Source: Vicugna vicugna
Lineage: Eukaryota
Direction of reading: 5' to 3'
Length of the DNA stretch: 64,000 bases
Assembly (NCBI GenBank): GCA_013265495.1
Contig: MU058065.1
Coordinates: 3,575,003 to 3,639,002, forward strand
Below, in pieces: positions 13,901 through 27,106 of the stretch (the stretch's first letter is position 1; the number at the start of each line of letters is the position of its first letter). Made by a program: the position numbers and the translations under genes. The notes under the pieces are model-generated. The model saw nothing but the letters and a program-made list of their open reading frames with translations, was not told the origin of the DNA and did no database searches.

Positions 13901-16754
13901 AGGTCTTGGGTAAGATGTAATTGAATAACCAGTACACCTGTCTTGTCTCATGGATAATCTATTGAGGAAAGAAAAAATTCTCGTAAAGATTTGTGTACCA
14001 GGCTTAAACATGCTTGAGTGTTTGCTCAGCACTCAGCACCTTAGGAACAAAGAGTAGGTCTGCAGATCTCATCAAGTTTATTGACCATTCATCTGTTAAG
14101 TCTGGTTGGATCATCACAGCTTTGTGGGGATGAGATACTGTCTCTGAACTAGACCCAAGAAAGAGCAGATAGAGCTTTAGACTAATGAGATGGTGGTCAA
14201 TGGCGGACGACACCAGGATCAACTTTTGTTCTTTTTCACATTTGACAAAAGAAAACCTCTAACTGTGCCACCCATCCAGTTGCTTTTAAAGAATAATATT
14301 GGAGTTGAGATTATTAGTGTGTAATGTATGTAAATTGCATATTTGGTGTCAGCTATGCTCATTAGGCTGCTTCTCCATTTCATGCATATATGTATTAGGC
14401 TGTCGTGGTTCCATTTCAAATTTGATTTCAATTGCTCAGCACAGTTTCTTTTGACAAACATTTGTTAATCCTGAAACTTATTAGGGAGAAGCATTTAAGT
14501 GTTAATATGTGTACACAGAACTCCAGACTGCTTTTGATTTTACTTGGCATGTTTTTGGACCACAGTGTTCACCATTATCTCAAATTCCTTAGCTGCAAGG
14601 CATGATGAAGGATCTTTTGTCCATGGAAGGTGTAAGGGCTTACTGCAGATGAGTTTGTTATGTGGATGGGGTACAGTCATTAAGAATGGCTGTGATGGGT
14701 ACTCTCTGTGTCATGGAGGTAGAACATCCTTTTCCCTGTGGCACAGCAGTTCCTTAGCCTTCTCTTGTTCTGTTGATACGTGTGAAAGCAGTAAGATTGC
14801 CCCTGGTGGTAGGGCCAGTTTCTGTTTCAGGACAGCTATTTTTCTGGAGATCTGGGGGACACATCCAGAAGCTCTTGATGCCAGGACCTTGGTTTGGTTC
14901 ATTTGACACACAGGCTGCAGATCCGGAGCCCTCAGCCTACCTTTATTGCCGTGAAGAACCAGACAAGCAGGTGGCCTGTCACCAACTCATTTCCCCACAG
15001 AGGCACTTCCTTCCTTTACACTTTCCAGAAATTCATCTGCGGAAAAAAAAGGAGTGCTTTTGATTAAAGATATTGGTTGGGTGTCAAACAAAGCTTAGAC
15101 AGAGAGACATTCCGTACAAAAGTGGCAGCCTCTCCACAGTTTCAGCCCCTTTCTGTTTCATTTCCAAAGCAGTTCATAAGCTCCAAACCAGGGCTGCAGA
15201 AGCGTTACATGTTTATGAAGGCTCAAAGATGTTTATGATCATAAACAAGCCCTTTTCAGCTATACCAGAGTAGCCACTTGGCCCTTTGCGTGTTTCCATT
15301 CTGCCATATTAGGCTTTCAAGATGTTCTGCTCGGTGGTGAAAACACTGCTGCTAATCCATTTGTTGAATCAGTGCAGGCTGTAATTGACCTGGTGCCTTT
15401 GGTTTTTCTCCAAAGGCTGTGGTTGCTACCCTTACAGAGTCCAAGGAGAGCCCTGGTTTATGTCAGCTCTAGCTGCAGCCTCTTGAGTCAGTTACAGATT
15501 TGGAGAATTGTGAGAGAAAGAAGTTCTTGGCCAAACTGTCCTTTTTAAAGAAAGGGAGGGAGCAGCAGCCTCCAGTGACTGAATCTTACATCATGTCACT
15601 GAAATGAGCCACAAGAATACCTTTCTTGGTGAATTGAATTTTATTGGTGTCTGATGAATTGATTTGAATAGAAATTCCACCAGCTACTTTCTCCTGTACA
15701 TTGTACACATCAAATGTAATAACCCCATGGTTTTGGGGCCCATTTGAATTTCTTTAGTCACTGAGGAGAAAAAAAATTGAGTGTGATTGCTTAGTCTATA
15801 ACTAAGCTACTAGAATAAAAAGTTTTTCTTTGTAGTCAGTAAAACACAGGAAAGCCATGCTGGGGTCTAGTGTGAGGCCAATGGTCTGAATCAACCTTTT
15901 ATATGTGGTCGGGATGTAATGTAAAGCTTTTAATTTATTACTGCATTTGCAAGATGGCAATATCTACAGAAATCTGAATACTTGCATATTTATTCAATTA
16001 GAAGCTGAATGTGTGCTTTGTACTGCAGACACAGAAGACTGGATTCAGCCATAAGTTGTGTATTATTTTTTGTGTTTTTTTTTTAAAGACTCTGTCTCTG
16101 TAAAACAGTCTGGGTTTCATCAGAGGTGTATATTTTTCAATGTGTAGTATAATATTTAAAAATTTATTCTTGATATTTAGCTAGCGTTCAGTCAACCAGA
16201 GTTTCTGAGATTAGTGGTTGCATTTTCTCCAGTGATCAATGGAAAAGATAAATTGGGAGACCCTTTGAGACTTTGCAGCTTGTTGAATCAAAGGGTTGTA
16301 TTTCTACCTCATAGGGAATATTTCTTAGCTGTGAGATAACTGGGTAGGCAGTCCTCAGCAATGAACTAATGAAGGGCGCAGGTATTATTTAAAGAAATAA
16401 CCATCTCCCCCCTCCCCCAATACTGATGTCTCATTTTGGGGCAGCTGGCATTAAAAAAATCTAATTAAACAATTGCAGATTAACAAACTCTCTATTAAGC
16501 TGATCCTCTATTTGTATGATTCTGTGGGAAAATTTCTAGTTAATTGTCAACCCTTCCATGACATTTCTCGGCAGAATTTGTTTTAGTCTCTGTTGATGCC
16601 ACATTAGAGTGTTTATACCTTGTTAAACACATACTACACTGTGTTATGTTACAACACACCCATTCCCCCCTTGACTGTGAGCATCTACAGGCATGATACT
16701 AGGTCATAAGCATCTTCAAACACGCAGAAACCAAACAGTGTCTCCTAATAAAGG

Positions 16755-16995
16755 CTTGTTTCCCAATGTGGGCTCTTTGCAATAGCGGTTTGGGGGAAAA
16801 AGGATTTTGAATCAACAATTTGGTAAACGTTACAAGTTATACTCCTTTATCTTTCAGAGTCTCAGTGCACACTAACCTACTAAAGGCTCTGACAAGTCTT
16901 GCAGTATAGAAACATGTTTGCTTAATTCAATGTCCTCTGATTCAACCATGGATCCCTTTTGTTGAGGATCAGACTACCAAGTTTTGAGGAACATT
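16755..16995. mobile_element. hAT-Charlie remnant (Charlie4-like)
   Basis: tgcacactaacctactaaaggctctgacaagtcttgcagtatagaaacatgttt resembles the recalled Charlie4 internal motif. Confidence 0.55.
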
Positions 16996-19900
16996 TTCTA
17001 GAAAGTACTGAATGAAGTAATGAATAGAGTCCCAACTCATGATTTGTGCATTTCTAGAATGGTTCTTTTGATTTTTTTTCACTGGTGAATATTCCTTCTG
17101 TTTAGTGTCTGATGCTACCTTCTGCTTCAGTACATTGTCAACCCTCTGTATTCAACCTTAGCAAGGAAAAGAGTAATTTTACAGAAGCTATAAGCTGTTT
17201 AATAATGTGTAGATAAGGCAGAAAAAGGGAGTTAAAAAAAGAGGGCCTTCCTTTTTAGTGAACTGACTGCAGTTTAGATTTAACTTATTGATCTGAGAAG
17301 GAGCCCCCGAGTCAAAAGCACTAGACCCCGATACTTAACAGCCGCTCACCAACTGTAAGTCTTCAGGTAAGTTGCTTAAACTGTCTCAGCTTCTATTTCA
17401 TCCTCTTGTTAAACTTGGAAGCTATTCCAAAAAAATCGTCCTATAGAGCTGTGCTGAGAAACAGTGCTCAAAAAAATTAAATGCTTTTTGATAAAGTAAT
17501 AATTCTGTTGTATCAGGGCTTTTATTATTGTTTACTTTAAAATTTTGCATGGGCCTCTGACAAAAAGCGCCATACTTCTGTTTGTCCCTGACAAAGACGG
17601 CAAATGTGGAAACTGAATAATATCAAGGGAAAGGCAGTTTCTTGGTGGACTGCAGTATTTCCAGTTATTCTACTTAGACATTTTAAAGACCTAGGGACTC
17701 GTATTTGTGCCCATTCAGAATGCAGTAATTGTAACGCACCTGGGATATGACAGTCCCCAGAAAGACAATGTACAAAAACTGGTTTTGCTTGACTAATTCA
17801 GACAACAGGCACATGAGACCCCACTACAATGAAAACAAGAGGCAACTGTTCTTCATTCCATGGGGCTAAGCGTGGGGAGGGGACGAGGTTGTCCTGTTGT
17901 TTCCTATTCTTATTCTTGTTTTGATTTATTGAAATACAATATTGACACAAACACATTAGAAAGGTCGACAGCCCTGCTTCTATGATATTAGATCCTTTCC
18001 TCAAAGGCAGCAGAATCTAATAGGCTGTGCTCCTCTCTTACCAGCAAAAGACAGAAGTAGCCAAAACAACAGGGGCACTAGAAAGGTTTTAGAAAATGAG
18101 GGGAAATCTAACTAAGTAATTTTGAATTAACTGATTGGGGAGTATTCTTTTTATCAGTAAATTATGAAGACTTTGTTTTGTCAAGATCTGTAGGAGCAGA
18201 TTTAATTTCTGTAGCTTAAAGAACTATATACATGACCTCACTGTGGGCTCTCTAGGTTGCCAGCCTACTTCAGGCTCCTTGTGCATTAGGAGACAGAGCC
18301 ACTGCCCCCAGATAAGTACATGTTTAGGTGGAAAAGCAACGGAGCATCTTTATTGGTCCAATGTCCTTGGAATCGAGAAGGGTGGGGGAATAAAGTAGGC
18401 AGGATTTTTGCTTAGCAGAATAGTGGCTTCTGGTTCTTGGGAGACGATTCTCAGATGTTGTCCCATATCTGTGGAGCTGTTACAAATTTCCATGCACCTT
18501 AAACGAGAGCTTACTGTGCCCTAACACGAAACCTGTGAGACCAGCCAGAAAACATTTCCTGAAGGGTAAGTTCATTCTCAGACTTTTGTAAGGCTGTGCT
18601 CTGCTTTCCTGTGGTTAATAGGAACAGTTTTCCTGTATCTACTCATTAAATCAGTATCACTTGATCTTTTCAGTTGGCTCTTGTCTCTGTCCTGAGATCA
18701 TACCTTCCTTCCCATGAACAGAAGGCTAGGGAAGTTTCTTTTCCAAAATCTTCGGGTGTTTGGTCGATGGAGTCTTATGGCATGGACTTTGGGGAGCCAC
18801 AGGAATATTATCCTATATCACACATGGTCCTGAAGAAAGAAGAAATTTCATTGTTGAGCTGGGCAACTTTTTCCTCCCTTAGTGAGCTGGAATGTCTGCC
18901 CTCCACATGGTTAGAGTATTAGGTTGGAAGGGAAAGCTTTAGGGGAATGAAGACGCAGTGTAGCCCAGCATCCCCCTGCTTCAGAGGGGCAGCACTGAGG
19001 CCCTTTTATTGAGGCAATATGGACACCTAGGCTATTGTAAGGTTCTTTGTGAATCTCAGACAGAGGTGGGCAGTTAAGATTCAGCAAGGTTTGCCTTTGC
19101 CAAATCATAATTAGGGTGAATTAGGTCTGCATTTCCTTGAATACAGGCTTAGCTTATGGGCAATTAGGGATAAAGTTTTAAACCTCATCTCATTGAAGTA
19201 CGATGGGATGCCCAAGTGTAGAGCTTTTCCCTTTTTATATTTGGAATCCTAGGCCCCAAATTGTCAATTAATATTTAGCAAACATGAAGTCATCATGAAA
19301 TTAAACCAAGATATACGTTTAATTTTCCACAGTCATGTTTTTAGACAGGTTTTTGAAACGATGGTGGGTTTGAGTGCTTACTCTTTAGAGGGCTACTGTG
19401 GCTGTGAGAAATTTCCTGAAATGAGAAGAGTTAACAGCAGGTAATGTCATTCCTTCCAGAAAGAGTTGGAGACTCTCTGTGTTAAGTGATGAATGAGGGT
19501 ATCTGACCCACATCTGTTTTACATTAGAATGGAACATTGCCCTGACATCGTTAGGAGCATTTGTCAAGATTCCCTGGACAGAGCTTCTGTAAATTACATG
19601 CTGCAAATGTGTCAGGGTCAGATAAGAGGATATCATTAACTCCCCCAAGTTTACTCAGGGCTCTGTCAGTCCGTCTTAATATGCTAACGGCCAACAATTT
19701 TCTTTGAGCTGTTTTGCTGTATTTTTCATTCATAGAAGAAAAAAATACGTATGCTACACCCTCCCCCCCCAGTATCGCACATGTTCTTTTCTCATAAATC
19801 ATATTAATTGTAGACATGGTCACAAAGCATATTAAATGCAGGCATGCGTAAATGAATTAAAACATATGAGAATTTTATTACAGCCCATGGTGGGTCTAAC

Positions 19901-22369
19901 ATAGTCAAATGCCAACTGTATTAACTGGTGTACTTTTTCATTTAGGTGAAATGAGCTTTTTCATAATGGGCTTTGTTTGATTGATAATAGGTGGACACAA
20001 TGTGATTGTTCATCGTTGTCTAGAAGGAGCGCTATACGTATGTATATACGTATATATGCCTCTTACAAGCCATTTCTATGCTAATTCTTTGCCTCGATTT
20101 ATATTTCAGTCATCAGTCTCTAAAGAATATTGCTCTCCATTTAACAGCTTAGTCTATTGAGAAATAGGTATTCTAAAGAACTGATAGAGTAAAAGTCACT
20201 CTCTAACTGTCACGGAGCTGGAGATGAAAGCACACGTCACACTTAGAGTTTAGCTGAGACAGAACCCACTGTGCTCTTTATAAACAGAACTCGACGATAC
20301 ATACACCGTATGAACCACACTTGTCTGGCACTCATACTTTTTCATCATGTGTGGAACTTAGGTACTTGTAAAACGTTAGCAAAGAATTAAAATAAAAAAT
20401 AAGGATATATTTAGCCAGACATTGTACATGCACTGGTTTTCTATCTGGTTAGGTAAGGGTCCCCTATGCCCTTCCCATAACTCAGCAGCCATGAGCGTGG
20501 GTGAGAAGTTCACCATTCTTACCTTAAGAGAAACTTCTGCCTTCAGGCAACTTCCCTCTTACAGCTTTCAAACAGGCAGGGCAAAAATCTAATTATTTAG
20601 ATGCTAATCAACTGCAGGATAATTCCTTAGGCACTTGAATCTGAAGACGACATTTTTAGGAAAGTCTCCACTGTTCAATTTTAGGCATTTTAGCCTCAAA
20701 GACACAGTTGCTGAAATTTAACCATTAGATGACTCCAATACCACCTATGTTGGCAAAAAGCATTTGGATAAATATTTGAATATTTTTGTTTGATTCTGGA
20801 AATAAGCTATATCCTAATTTTAAGTTTATAATCATTAGACTTTTGGAGAAAAGGGTAGAAGCAAAAAAACAAACAAACAAAAAAAACCCCAAAACCCAAA
20901 ACCCAAAAGCAAAAAAACCCCAAAACCCTTCTGTATCATACAAAGCTATAATTCACAATGGTTTTCTAAAATACAACTCAATGTGCATCATTGCTAAGTC
21001 AGAAGAAGAGCGTTCAGTTACTTAAAAGCAAAAAAGAAAGTAAAGACATGGACCAGGATTCCTGCTAAGGAGAAAAAAGAAGCACCTAGACATGCAGCAT
21101 AATCTGCTAAATTATTTTAGATTTCTGATCAGCTCTGAGCACTTTTCGACAGACGGCAAAACCATAACACTTACGCCAAGGCAAATATTTTCCAGACACA
21201 TTGTTTTAAATGTAAATCTTAATTTGGCTCATAGTTTTTTTTTTTATCTTTTATATTTAATCTTATAATAGGAAAAATTAATTCAAGAGAAATATGGCAT
21301 GAAGCAATTGTAGAGTTAGTTTTTCCTGAACCATATAATCTTCCAATCAAGATATAAACAACCTATTTGGAATTCTGAAACTTGAGAATGAGCTTCAGGA
21401 GACCTTCAAAAAACATCTCTAATAATGGGAATGACGGGGGAACCGGCTGAAGTCCCAGTTGACGATTCTAAGGGTTGAATTTGTTTTTGAAACAGTTTAG
21501 AAATGATGTCTGGGAAACGTTTTTGGAGGTAACAATTTAGCGATATACTTAATATATATATTTTTTCAGATGCCTCACCTAAGAGTTGTACTCAACTAAA
21601 AGTAAAAAGAAAATCTCCCACGTCCCTTCCCAAGGGGCCAGAACAGAGATCTTTATAAAAGGGAAACATTTCCTGTTCATTGCAGCTCCTGGACTTATCT
21701 GACATTTGATAAGAATGTGGTTGGGGTTCGGTAGACAGATCTAAGTAGCCCTGAGTTTCTTTCTTTTCCTTTGAAATTGTGAAAACCAGGCAATTATGTT
21801 TCCTCCTACCTCAAATTTAAAAAAATAAAATAAAATAAAATCAGGCAAAAACATTAGCCCTGTAATAGAAATAGGTTACTAATGGTTTATGAGGAAAAAG
21901 ACCCTACTTTGCAACCAATGAGGATTTTATTTTAGGCTTTGAATTACAATTGCTGTAGGAATAGCATGTATGAAAGAAATCCCGACAATATTCTTAAAAA
22001 GAAAATACGACTGGAAGACATTCTATGACCATATTGGGGGAGTTCTAAGAAGTTTTGTTTACCAACTTCTTTGTGCAGCAAAAAGAAATTTCCATAGCTT
22101 CTCTTGAACCACATGAAATAGCAAAATAGCTTTTAAAGAAACATACAGAGAAGTGGAATGGGACCCTCCCATAAAGAGTTGAGGTTTTAAATTGTTAGGG
22201 GAAAATAATGCCTGTTGTATTGATAGTTATTTTTCTTTTTCAACACAGTTTTACTTTTTAATTTTTAAATTACAAGTTGTTAAAATGTTGTACATTTCTC
22301 AAATTTTATCAGTGTGAATCATTGAAATAAACTGAGTTTCTTTTTTGCGTGAACAGTAAGTTTTTATTT

Positions 22370-22550
22370 CTATGAGACAAATCCCCAGAAGTACGTTGCT
22401 GAATGGAATAACGATAGCATGGCTGTTTTTTAAGAAACCATTAAACTGTTATCCAAAGTGACTGTATGATGGTACATTCCTACTAGTAATGTATGAGTTA
22501 TTCAGTTTCTCTGCATCCTTATCAGCACTTGGTGTTAGTTATCACTATTT
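22370..22550 (-). mobile_element. Old LINE-1 ORF2 fragment
   Basis: aaactgttatccaaagtgactgta...acattcctactagtaatgtatgag...tccttatcagcacttggt resembles the antisense L1M ORF2 C-terminus. Confidence 0.7.
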
Positions 22551-25500
22551 ATTAATTTCCATTTCAGAGCAAATGTAGGAAAGTATTAGTGCCTCTTTCC
22601 CCATCCTTATACAATTCTTGAGAAAGAAGTCACAATTACTGTCTCTTGGGCTCTGTATGGGAAGTCAAAGGGATGGAGGGTAGTGGGTCTCTGGTCCTCT
22701 TGATTTTCTGACCTTAGCCTCTGCAAGACGGGCTGCTGAGTCAAGGGCTATTGCTAAAGCAGGAGCTGTCACTAACTTCTGGTGTGTGACAGTAGTAATG
22801 GTGACAGGAAGATCCAACAGGCATCCTTGTTCCAATCACACAGCAGCCATCCTTCCTAATTGGGTCTTCAGGACACTGTGCCCTGGCTCCTTTAAGGAGT
22901 CCTCTTTCTCTTGCCCTAGAATATGACCTTGGCGGATAATACTATGTCTTTTCCATCCTCCAGTAGATACATTTCAAGGTCTTTCTGTCCTAAGGTATTT
23001 TCTAATTCAGCAACTGCAAAAAGTTGCTACATGAACATGATAAACTGAATTTTGCTTCAAGGAAGGACTCACTTTTTCTGTTTTAGGATCTTCGTGTTCT
23101 CTCCCTTCCACGGACAAAGTCATTGCTGCCTTCAGAGTCATGCAAACAAGAAGTGTCTGACAGAGGGTTAGAATGAGTTTATCACAAAAATGTACCTATA
23201 GCTCACGGGAGAGTGTGCATGTTTTAAATAAGATTCTGCTTTGATTCTCCAACTGTAACTGTATATGGAGTGTTCCATTGCTCCCTTAACATAGCATTAA
23301 CAGAGTTTCAAGTAAGTATCTTCATGAAGGACACATTAGTTAAAAATATATTTCCTTTCTATCCAGGACACTGGATATTTTTCTTCTCTGAATTGATACA
23401 GTTACAGAGCTGCTTGTCCTAAGTGCTAATTTTTTATTTAGTGCAGATTATTTACACAGTACAATATTTGTGCCCTGTGTCTTAATTCCCCTTTCATTAA
23501 TAAAAAATCACATTTTTATTATTTTTATTTTCCTTATCCATTCTTGCTCATCAGGCCAGTACACAGAGAGGTACCCCTGATTTGAAAGGAGTGTATTTGG
23601 CACTGAACAACATCTTTTTTAAAGAGTTAGATGTTAGTAATTTGGGCTGAAATAAAATATTTAATAAATTAGTATATCAATTGAAGTTTATGAATTTTCC
23701 AAATATGCACTGTAAAATCATCTGTATGAACTCAAAGAATGGCAAAAAAAATACATATATATAGGTGGAAGAACATTCAGAAAAAATTTAAATCTATTTT
23801 GGGTTCAGATTTTTAAAATGAGAAAATGAAGTGATTAACTTACTGTAAGCAGCAACGTGTGAGAGCCCCATGTTCCAGTGACTTTCCATGCTCCTGGAGC
23901 TGTGACTCCTACTGATTCTTACCTTATTCTATGGCTTTCATTTTCCCCAAATCCCCAATAAAACAAAATTATGCTCTGAAATATAGTGGTTTTTTTGGAA
24001 TATGAGTAATTTTTAGAGATTTAAAAAAAAATCTCAAGCTCAAGAAAATTTAGATCCCTTGAAATACCTTTAAAAATTTGAATATGACTGTGTTGCTTTC
24101 CCCACCCTGGCCCCCTTCCCATGTGCTCACACATGCAGGACTTCAAGTGAAAGGGAGGCAAGGAAATGGGAACAGGGACTGGGGAAAGGTGAGGGAGTCC
24201 GTGGCTTGTTACAATGGACCAAGAAAGGGTAATTCATAGAAGGTGGTGAACAGCTTCTCTTTTGTCCCCTCCCCTGCCTTTTTTTGTTTTTTGGGGCTAA
24301 TTGAAGATGGATCAGTTTAAAGTTTTATTTCAAGAAGATTTTGTTTAGCTATGAGGATTATGCATACCTTTCCCAAAGGAGATTGTGGCCTCATTGGTTT
24401 TGGAATCTAATTTCTGGAATGCAAGATTCACCCCTCCCTCCTGCCTTGCTGGTACCCCTCCACCCAGGATTCTGTGGTCTGAGTTACCTTGGCTGGTGAC
24501 ACAAGGCCTACAGTCAGGGTTGAGTTTCATTCCTGCCCTCTCCTCTTGTTATTTGTACCCTTTAATCTCCATATGCCTCAGACTTCCTAAAATACAGCAG
24601 GATAAGGATGGAAATGTGCAATGGTGGCCCCTGCACTGAAACAATCTGTAAGCAGGTGACATTTTCCGGAGGCTCTTCACCCAGCTCTTCAATTTCTCCT
24701 GCAGTTGCCTTTTGAGCCCTGCCACTGACTTGGATAAAGTTGAGAAAAATCACTTCCTCTCTTGGGTGGCAGTTTTCCAGCTGCAAAATTAATTATCCAC
24801 TTGCTTCCATCATAAGGTGTTGTAAGGGTCAGCGAGCTGGAGTTTGTTAAACTCGTCACCGTGCTAATCGGAAAGTTGTTCTGTTAGTACAGCTTTGTTT
24901 TTTTTTTTTTTTTTAAAGTTCTCTTACTCTCCAGAGCTATTTAAAAAACCGAATGGACTATTTTAGAACATGTTTGCATTTCAGGCTCTTTAAAAAAACA
25001 CTTCTTATCTATGGAAATGTTAGTTTAGAGAAGAAGTGAAAGGATTAAGTCATGGAGGCAGTTCCTCGGAGACTTGTTTACCATCCATCCATTCATTCAG
25101 TACCTACTATGTGCCAAGCACTCTGTCAGGTGTGGCAGATTTAAAGGTCTGTAGGTTTTCCCCTCTGAGGTCTCACAATTCAAAGTAGGTGACCAAGCAC
25201 TGATTGCATGGCGAGAGGGGTGAGGAAAAAGCAAGGGAATATCAGTGAAGGAGTACTTACTTCTAATTACTGAAGGATGGCCAAGACAGGGAGAGGAATT
25301 TTCTTGAGAGGGAGCTCTATGAAAAAAGTCAGAGATCTCAAAACACTCAAAAAGAATTTGATTTGGCCTCATTCGACTTGAAAAAAAAAAAAACAACCAA
25401 ATGCTTGTTTAAAACGACGTGTGTAGTGTTTATAGTGAAAAGAACATGAAAAGGAAGATATATACGTATAACTGAATCACCAGAAATTAACACATTGTGA

Positions 25501-26012
25501 GCCAACAATACTTCAGTAAAAAAATAAAATAAATAAACTGAGTTGAATTTTAAAAAAATGACACGTAAAACTTCCAGTCGTAATATTTGGTTAAACATTA
25601 TTCATTACGAAGAGATAAAATTTCTCCGTCCCTTTGTCCTTCTGTCCCTGTGTCCCTGCATCCTTCCTTCCTTTCCCCTTCTTTGAATTTCCAGTCTGAT
25701 TTTATCACTTGGGACACAGTGTAATCTCTGTCCTACCCTCTGTCCTTCCTTCTTTTTCTTTTCCCTTCCTCCCCTTCCATCCTTCCCCTTTCCCCCTCTC
25801 CTTTTTTTCCTGAAACGGCAGTCAGATGTTATCACTGGGTGTGATGTAATATCTCTGCCAGTTTGGATTGATGTCACCATCTCTGGGACAGCTCTTTAAC
25901 AGACTTCCAAAGAAATGAAACTTGGCCTTTTCCGTTTATCCTGTTGGCTACAGGCTAGGGTCTGGTCCTCCTTGCATTTCTCACTTCTTCCCAATCTGCC
26001 TGTTTGTTTTAG

Positions 26013-26279
<267 letters not shown>

Positions 26280-26623
26280 GGGGTAGCTTGTCCTGGAAGG
26301 GTGAAGGCTTTGAACTCTTCCTTGAGAATGGGGAGGTGGCAGCAAGATTAAGCCTTCCGTCCCGGTATCAATTGTGCAGCAGAGCCAGCTGGTTGCTCCA
26401 GCAAGGGCTTCCTTGTATAATTATTTTCTTAACTGATGTCAACAACATCTTGCGGTTATTAATTGCTGAGACGTGAAAGCTGATTGCCACTAGGTAAAAC
26501 ACAAGGGTTGGCCCAAATGAAATAACCCCTGGCATTAGAAACACATGTTCTTAATGAGGTCAGCTCAAGGATCATATGGGGTATAATCCCAAAGACACAG
26601 AGTTCTGTCAAACTTGTCTCAGG

Positions 26624-26629
26624 AATAAA
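26624..26629 (+). terminator. Candidate proximal poly(A) signal in intron 8 (PAX3c 3' end)
   Basis: AATAAA 345 nt after the PAX3c stop and upstream of the exon 9 acceptor. Confidence 0.6.
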
Positions 26630-26753
26630 AATATTAGTCTCGATCCTTTGATACCCCGGTATTAAATATGACATTGTCAGCCTGTAGCTGATTTTGCCCC
26701 TTGCTGGGAATTGTCCCAGCCTGACCTGAAAAGCTGCCTGTGTTTTCTTACAG

Positions 26754-26788
26754 GTGCCTTTCATTATCTCAAGCCAGATATCGCGTAA
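26754..26788 (+). CDS. PAX3: PAX3 exon 9 coding part (PAX3d C-terminus SAFHYLKPDIA-stop)
   Basis: Acceptor ttcttacag|GT. In frame with exon 8 it gives SAFHYLKPDIA then TAA at 26786-26788. An internal donor GC|gtaagt lies after 26784. Confidence 0.95.
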
Positions 26789-26940
26789 GTGAACTGTCCA
26801 CTTGGAGCTAAAACTGGCCCTGTTTCCGGTCTCCACAGCCTAGACATGAAGAATTTGCTCAGAAAAAAAAAAAATCACCCTCTTGGGGGGCAGTCTCATC
26901 AGGAGACAAAGGAGAGTGATTGATTTTCTTTCTCCAGTAG

Positions 26941-27028
26941 TTGGTTTCAAATTCTTTTGAACGTGTTGGACAAAAGCAGTGGAGAAAAGGAAGACCCGGA
27001 ACAACAAAAGACAAATGCAACATTTTAA
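26941..27028 (+). CDS. PAX3: PAX3 exon 10 coding part (PAX3e-type C-terminus)
   Basis: Pyrimidine tract ttttctttctccagtag|T. Joined to exon 9 (..GC) it reads AWFQILLNVLDKSSGEKEDPEQQKTNATF-stop, resembling the human PAX3e tail AWFQILLNTFDKSSGEEEDLEQ as recalled. Confidence 0.8.
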
Positions 27029-27096
27029 GGCAATGATTTAACATGGCTACATATCAAATATCCCAACTCTTTAGCGCTGATGATCAAGGAGCTAAA

Positions 27097-27104
27097 ACAT
27101 TCCA
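27097..27104 (+). promoter_or_regulatory. miR-1/miR-206 8mer target site
   Basis: ACATTCCA is the perfect 8mer match to the miR-1/206 seed GGAAUGU. Pax3 is a known miR-1/206 target. Confidence 0.8.
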
Positions 27105-27106
27105 TT

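Larger units (their letters stand above)
7922..26012 (+). other. PAX3: PAX3 intron 7 (18,091 nt)
   Basis: GT...AG intron between exons 7 and 8. The orthologous human intron hosts PAX3-FOXO1 translocation breakpoints (established knowledge). Confidence 0.95.
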
